A DNA stretch of 64,000 nt from positions 9,964-73,963 of the forward strand of contig CAXBPH010000003.1 of assembly GCA_963977445.1 (NCBI GenBank), read 5' to 3'. Each line of letters starts with the position of its first letter. Positions within the stretch are counted from its first letter, which is position 1. The stretch comes from an uncultured bacterium (lineage in GTDB: Bacteria > Hydrogenedentota > Hydrogenedentia > Hydrogenedentales > JAEUWI01). The notes beneath the pieces were generated by a model. That model ran no database searches. It saw only the letters and a list, made by a program, of their open reading frames with translations, and was not told the DNA's origin. Shown here one piece after another: positions 58,509 to 64,000 of this stretch. A program made the position numbers and the translations under genes.

Positions 58509-59582
58509 TTATTTCGTCACCATCCGCCCCACGGGATAGCCCGCCGAATAGTCGATTTCCCAACACCCATTGGGCGTGGTGTAGCAAATCGTTTCCTTGC
58601 GCTCAAAGTCGGCCGTACCCTGCCGCACCGCCGCATCGGGGCTGTCCGCAAGCAACTGGGGGTCGGCCATATGCTGCACAATCTTCGTGCGGTCACCGAG
58701 ACTGTGACCCGTACCCTTGAACACCACGTCGTCCAAGTGCGCATCGGTCAGGAACAACGCCGTCACCGGCATACCCGCCGCCACCATGTTCCGCACCACC
58801 TCTTCCTTGTCCGCCACGGGACAAACGTCGTCGGTTGTTCCATGGACCACAAAAATCTTCGTTTCCTGCCCGTAGTCCACCATCTGCTTCAGGTGGGTGG
58901 GATTGCTGAGATCACGCAGGGCCTGGGCGTCGGGGGAGAGGTATTCGGGAGTTGCCGGGTCCTTACTGTAGCCCGCGTTAAGCCGTGAGCCCCCTTCGAT
59001 ACCAAAGGCGATATCGTCGCTCAGTTTGGCCATGCCGCACATATCGACAATCGCGGCGAAGGTCCGGGGCGCAAGCTTATTGACCATCTGGGTCACGTTA
59101 CCGCCGCCCGAGCCGCCGGTAGAGTAGATACGCCCCGCGTTAAAGGCCGTACCCCCTTCCTGGAGTCCATTGTAGACCCAATACAGGGCACGAAGCGCAT
59201 CAAGCCCTTGCAGATAGCCATAGTCATAGGGCGGCATGTCGTCTTCGTATTTGCCGCTCTGAAGATAGTCCAGGCAGATGGCAACCGTGTTGTAGCGGTC
59301 CGCCAATAGCTGGGGGTCGGCCGTGCCTGACGCATTGGTGCCACCCCAATTGTGGAGGCTGAGGAAAAGACCCGTGTGTTCGTTCACATTGGCGAGGGCC
59401 TTGCCGGGGTAATACACATAGGCCACAAACGTCCGTGGACCGTCCTGAAAGGCCCATTCCTGCGCGGGGAGTTCCGCCGATGCGTTTTCAGCGGGCAACG
59501 CGGGCCAGGGCCGCTCATCGGCGGCATAGGCTGAAATAGAAGCAAGACAGGCCAACAAGGCAAGGGCGATTCGAAAACGCAT
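58509..59582 (-). CDS. Secreted alpha/beta hydrolase (DUF2920-like), paralog B
   Basis: Signal peptide, GGSGG elbow, 'HGTTDDVCP', 'GTGHS'; collinear with paralog A. Confidence 0.78.
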   Translation of the reverse strand: MRFRIALALLACLASISAYAADERPWPALPAENASAELPAQEWAFQDGPRTFVAYVYYPGKALANVNEHTGLFLSLHNWGGTNASGTADPQLLADRYNTVAICLDYLQSGKYEDDMPPYDYGYLQGLDALRALYWVYNGLQEGGTAFNAGRIYSTGGSGGGNVTQMVNKLAPRTFAAIVDMCGMAKLSDDIAFGIEGGSRLNAGYSKDPATPEYLSPDAQALRDLSNPTHLKQMVDYGQETKIFVVHGTTDDVCPVADKEEVVRNMVAAGMPVTALFLTDAHLDDVVFKGTGHSLGDRTKIVQHMADPQLLADSPDAAVRQGTADFERKETICYTTPNGCWEIDYSAGYPVGRMVTK

Positions 59583-59721
59583 TAAATTCTCCTGGTAGAA
59601 CGACTCCGTGGCGAGTCATTTTTACAGTTCTGGAAATATGGGAATGGGCCAGCGTAATCAGCGGACAGCAGGGGGCACCCAGGCCCGGTGGTCCTGGGAA
59701 CGTTATCCGTTGGACACCCAA

Positions 59722-60171
59722 TTAGGCGGTTTTCTTGCTCCCACAGCCGCCCGAGCCACAGCCGCCGCTTCCGCAACCACCGCCGCCGCCACCACTGGCC
59801 GCTGCCGCAACGAGTTGTTCTTCGGTGGGCCGTGCGTTGCGATACCAGACGACTACAAGGCAGGCCATCCAGAGTGCCGCAATGAGTACCCCGCCGCCTT
59901 CGCGGGTCAATTCGCTCTTGAGATAGGGCGCTTCAAAGCTGGGGATGAGATAGGCAAAGCCACCGAGATAGCCCAGCACCCCGGGGATGGCCCAGGGGGA
60001 ATAGAGTCCAAAGATGGCCGGAACGGTCATGAGGATGCTGTAGCCATAGATAAACATCCAGACCACACCGTCGGGGTCGTTGTATTGGACCGCCACCGAC
60101 GCACCGAGGGGCAGGAGCATGAACACGCAGACCGCGCGAAACAGGGGAAAGGTACTTTTTTTCGTAGCCAT
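59722..60171 (-). CDS. TMEM220-like membrane protein with a Gly/Cys tail
   Basis: 'VQYNDPDGVVWMFIYG' and 'ELTREGGGVLI'; about 4 TM. Confidence 0.7.
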   Translation of the reverse strand: MATKKSTFPLFRAVCVFMLLPLGASVAVQYNDPDGVVWMFIYGYSILMTVPAIFGLYSPWAIPGVLGYLGGFAYLIPSFEAPYLKSELTREGGGVLIAALWMACLVVVWYRNARPTEEQLVAAAASGGGGGGCGSGGCGSGGCGSKKTA

Positions 60172-60261
60172 GGGAGATACCTCGTTGGGTTGTATACCCT
60201 GAGTTTACCGCGCATGACCGGCGAATCCAAAATATGCCATCGACCGGGATCGGGCGAATAA

Positions 60262-60909
60262 CTACTCCACGTCGGTCAGCGGTAATTCTGTGGGCAGGGT
60301 TATCTCAAAGAGCCCCATAAACTGGGTCAAAATGCGATAGGTCAGGCCCCAAATCGTGTAGGGGCCGTGGTTAAAGCAGGAAAAGGCACGCTGTTCCGGG
60401 TCCGGCGGGTAATAATACGCCTCGATGTTGTTCACATCGCCCAGATAGCGGAGCGGCACCCACACGGTGGCCGCCACTTCGTAGTTGTGGGTCAAGGGAC
60501 CCGGCGCGGGACAATAATAGACTATCGGACACACGGCCAACTCAAAGGTGCGCAACCGACCACCGGAAATATCACTCAGCCGCCCAATGACCATCTCTTC
60601 GGTGAGCTCCAGGCCCACTTCCTCCAAGGTCTCCCGCCGGGCCGCGGCCTCGATGCTCGCGTCGGTCGTTTCGACATGGCCACCGGGAAAGGCCATATGG
60701 CCGGACCAGGGGTCCTCTTCGCGCTCGGCCCGCTTCATAAACAGGGCCTCCAGCCCACCATCGGTACCATGGCGCAGTATCATGGCCACCGCGGCCACCC
60801 GGTCTACCTGGGCAGAGGGGGTCGTTTCGGGACAAAAGGCCGCCAGGCGCTGCTGAATCTCCGCCACACTATAGGCGTCGATTGGGGGCGGGGGTGGGGT
60901 AGAATGCAC
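60262..60909 (-). CDS. Nudix hydrolase, CoA pyrophosphatase-like
   Basis: 'WSGHMAFPGG...AARRETLEEVGL', 'IWGLTYRIL'; AAGGAG RBS before GTG 60909. Confidence 0.88.
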   Translation of the reverse strand: MHSTPPPPPIDAYSVAEIQQRLAAFCPETTPSAQVDRVAAVAMILRHGTDGGLEALFMKRAEREEDPWSGHMAFPGGHVETTDASIEAAARRETLEEVGLELTEEMVIGRLSDISGGRLRTFELAVCPIVYYCPAPGPLTHNYEVAATVWVPLRYLGDVNNIEAYYYPPDPEQRAFSCFNHGPYTIWGLTYRILTQFMGLFEITLPTELPLTDVE

Positions 60910-61194
60910 ATCGAACTCCTTACACACGCAGGCCCATTGTCTTACAGAAATAAGGGATGACAATCGGACCTTAAGATTGTGTATTATACGATATTGCATA
61001 CGGGGAATGAATCTCCCAGTTGCGTCAACGGTCGAACAATGGTATAAGGGACGCCGTGTTTTGGACGCGATTCTGGAGCGTTTCGCGCTGTGAACGCGTT
61101 TTCCCATGCTTTTTCCAATAGACAGGGCCACGAGATGTCGTCGGTTAGCAGTCTGTTTAAACCAAGGTAGTGTATTGTTTCTAAGGAGTTGACC

Positions 61195-62430
<1,236 letters not shown>

Positions 62431-62436
62431 GTAATA

Positions 62437-62607
62437 GGGACTGCCTTCACGCCCCATAGGATCTCGCGCCTACGAGGAGAGCCTATAGGCGTGAGGCTGT
62501 CCCGGCCAGTGTCCTTGCAATGCGCTACAGAGACAGCAGGGACTTCAAGGACAGCAGAGACGGTTAGAAATCGTCCCTGCCGTCGCTGAAGTCCCTGTCG
62601 TCCCTGA
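62437..62607. repeat. Two intergenic palindromic elements
   Basis: GGGACTGCC..CACGCC / GGCGTG..GGCTGTCCC (62437-62503); 9-bp periodic AG(G/A)GACnnn run facing a GTCCCTnnn run (about 62529-62607). Confidence 0.6.
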
Positions 62608-62725
62608 AAGTTCGTAAGGTCACGGGCTCACCATAAAGAATCAGCCCCCAATGGGGGTGACAACAAATAGCAGATACCAGGAAGCCTGGCCAATAGGCCA
62701 GATAACCCAAAGGACAACATAGATC

Positions 62726-63625
62726 ATGAAAAAAATCTCCATCGGCAGCTGGGCCTACAGCATCGGGCCATACGAAAACGAGCCCATCGCATGGGAAACC
62801 GTGCTCAAGACTCTCAAGGAAATGGATTTTGACGGCGTCGAAGTGGGCGGATTCTCGATCCACCCCAGCCCGGAAAACTGCCCCAACAAAGAAGACCGCG
62901 AAAAGATCGTGGCCCAGGCCAAGGAAATCGGCATCGGCTTCTCCGGCTTCGTGCCCAATCTCTGGGGCGAAAAGCTCATCAACACCGATGACAACTCGGG
63001 CTACATCAAGGCCTTCAAAGAAGCCGCCCAGTTTTCCCAGGACCTCGGCATCAAAGGTATCCGTGTTGACTGCGTACAGCCTCCAACCATCCACGACGAA
63101 ATCGACTATGACACCGCCAAGAAACGTCTGGTCACCACGTGGGCCGAGTGCTGCAAAATCGCCGCCGACAAGGGCTGCTATGTGACCTGGGAATTCGAAC
63201 CCGGATTCGCCTTCAACAAGCCCACCGACATTTTCCGCATCCTCGACGAAGTGAAAGAAGATAACTTCGGCGTTGAATTCGACACCTGCCACGCCGAAAT
63301 GGTCGCTGGTGTAGGTGCCCGTCAACACGGCACCAAAGAAGTCCTCCCCGGTGGCTGCCTCGAACTGGCCCAGAAACTCAAAGGCCAGATCAACCACATC
63401 CACCTCATCGACTCCGACGGCACCCTCCACCACGACGAAACCAGCAGCCACCCGCCCTTCGGCGACGGCTACCTCGATTTCGACGCCATCGTACCGGCTC
63501 TCCTCGACGCAGGCTGCCCCCACGACTGGTGGACCATCGATCTGTGCTTCTGGCCAGACGCCTGGGCAGTGACCGAGCGCTGCAAAGTCAGCATCGACGC
63601 CCTCAACGAAAAGTTCTGCAGCTAA
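62726..63625 (+). CDS. Sugar phosphate isomerase/epimerase (xylose-isomerase-like TIM barrel)
   Basis: 'FDGVEVGG', 'WEFEPG', 'FDTCHA', 'HIHLIDSDG', 'GDGYLDF'. Confidence 0.88.
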   Translation: MKKISIGSWAYSIGPYENEPIAWETVLKTLKEMDFDGVEVGGFSIHPSPENCPNKEDREKIVAQAKEIGIGFSGFVPNLWGEKLINTDDNSGYIKAFKEAAQFSQDLGIKGIRVDCVQPPTIHDEIDYDTAKKRLVTTWAECCKIAADKGCYVTWEFEPGFAFNKPTDIFRILDEVKEDNFGVEFDTCHAEMVAGVGARQHGTKEVLPGGCLELAQKLKGQINHIHLIDSDGTLHHDETSSHPPFGDGYLDFDAIVPALLDAGCPHDWWTIDLCFWPDAWAVTERCKVSIDALNEKFCS

Positions 63626-63635
63626 TATTCCCCGA

Positions 63636-63664
63636 GCCCCCCGGAAACCCGGGGGGCGATTTTT
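63636..63664 (+). terminator. Rho-independent terminator
   Basis: GCCCCCCGG-AAAC-CCGGGGGGC-GATTTTT. Confidence 0.8.
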
Positions 63665-63690
63665 CAGTTGCCAGCGGTGGCGAGCTATAG

Positions 63691-64000
63691 GTCTGCGCTG
63701 CCCTTTCAGGGCGCATGGATACACCGGCAAACCAATACCCAGGGCGTTGCCCTGGGCTAAGCTGCCAAGCCCCTTCGGGGCGCAACAAACAATACGTAAC
63801 CCGCAAACACACGCGGTAGAATAACGGCCCCACAGGTCCCAAAATATTCCGGCCTGAAAGGCCAACACAGCATAGCCCAGGGCAACGCCCTGGGTTAACG
63901 AAGACAAAATTTAAATGAGCCCGGAAAGGGCGACGCAACCCATCGATACGATGTCTGCGCTGCCCTGTCAGGGCGAATAGATAAACCGGCAAACCGAATA
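63691..64000. repeat. REP/BIME-like mosaic array running off the window edge
   Basis: CCCAGGGCGTTGCCCTGGG and inverse CCCAGGGCAACGCCCTGGG; GCCC-tetraloop-GGGC hairpins; direct repeat GTCTGCGCTGCCCT.TCAGGGCG at 63691 and 63953. Confidence 0.8.

Noticed and set aside
62564..63907. 447-aa minus-strand ORF
   Set aside because: Antisense to the isomerase gene and begins inside REP repeats.

Overview
GC-rich bacterial chromosome segment. It is most consistent with Candidatus Hydrogenedentota or a PVC-like lineage (inference from a DUF1559/H-X9-DG protein with an '[15 protein letters not shown]' motif, Gly-Glu tails, DUF1553/DUF1501/DUF1800 genes and several sulfatases). Core content: an assimilatory nitrate/nitrite cluster (nirB-nirD fusion, NarK-type transporter, nasA fused to a flavoprotein, rubredoxin-domain protein) with two divergent sigma-54 promoters; three sulfatases; trmO; a SpoIID / kinase-MurQ fusion / degenerate GH1 operon; ferredoxin; hrcA-grpE-dnaK-dnaJ with a perfect CIRCE; cfa; rarA; several hydrolases and isomerases; and many REP-like palindromes. 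The standout is an AT-richer, tightly coupled minus-strand operon at about 44.9-50.5 kb. It encodes an ACP-like protein, an XRE HTH, an ImmA/IrrE metallopeptidase fused to a chagasin-like inhibitor domain, a papain-like cysteine peptidase, a divergent thymidylate-synthase-fold protein, a 5-hmdU-DNA-kinase-like (aGPT-Pplase1) domain fused to MazG, and an AcpS-type phosphopantetheinyl transferase. It has its own promoter and palindromic operator and abuts a REP element and a truncated ABC-ATPase gene. I propose it as a candidate protease-regulated, carrier-protein-dependent thymidine-modification or anti-phage system. All family calls come from motif recognition by eye; no database searches were run.
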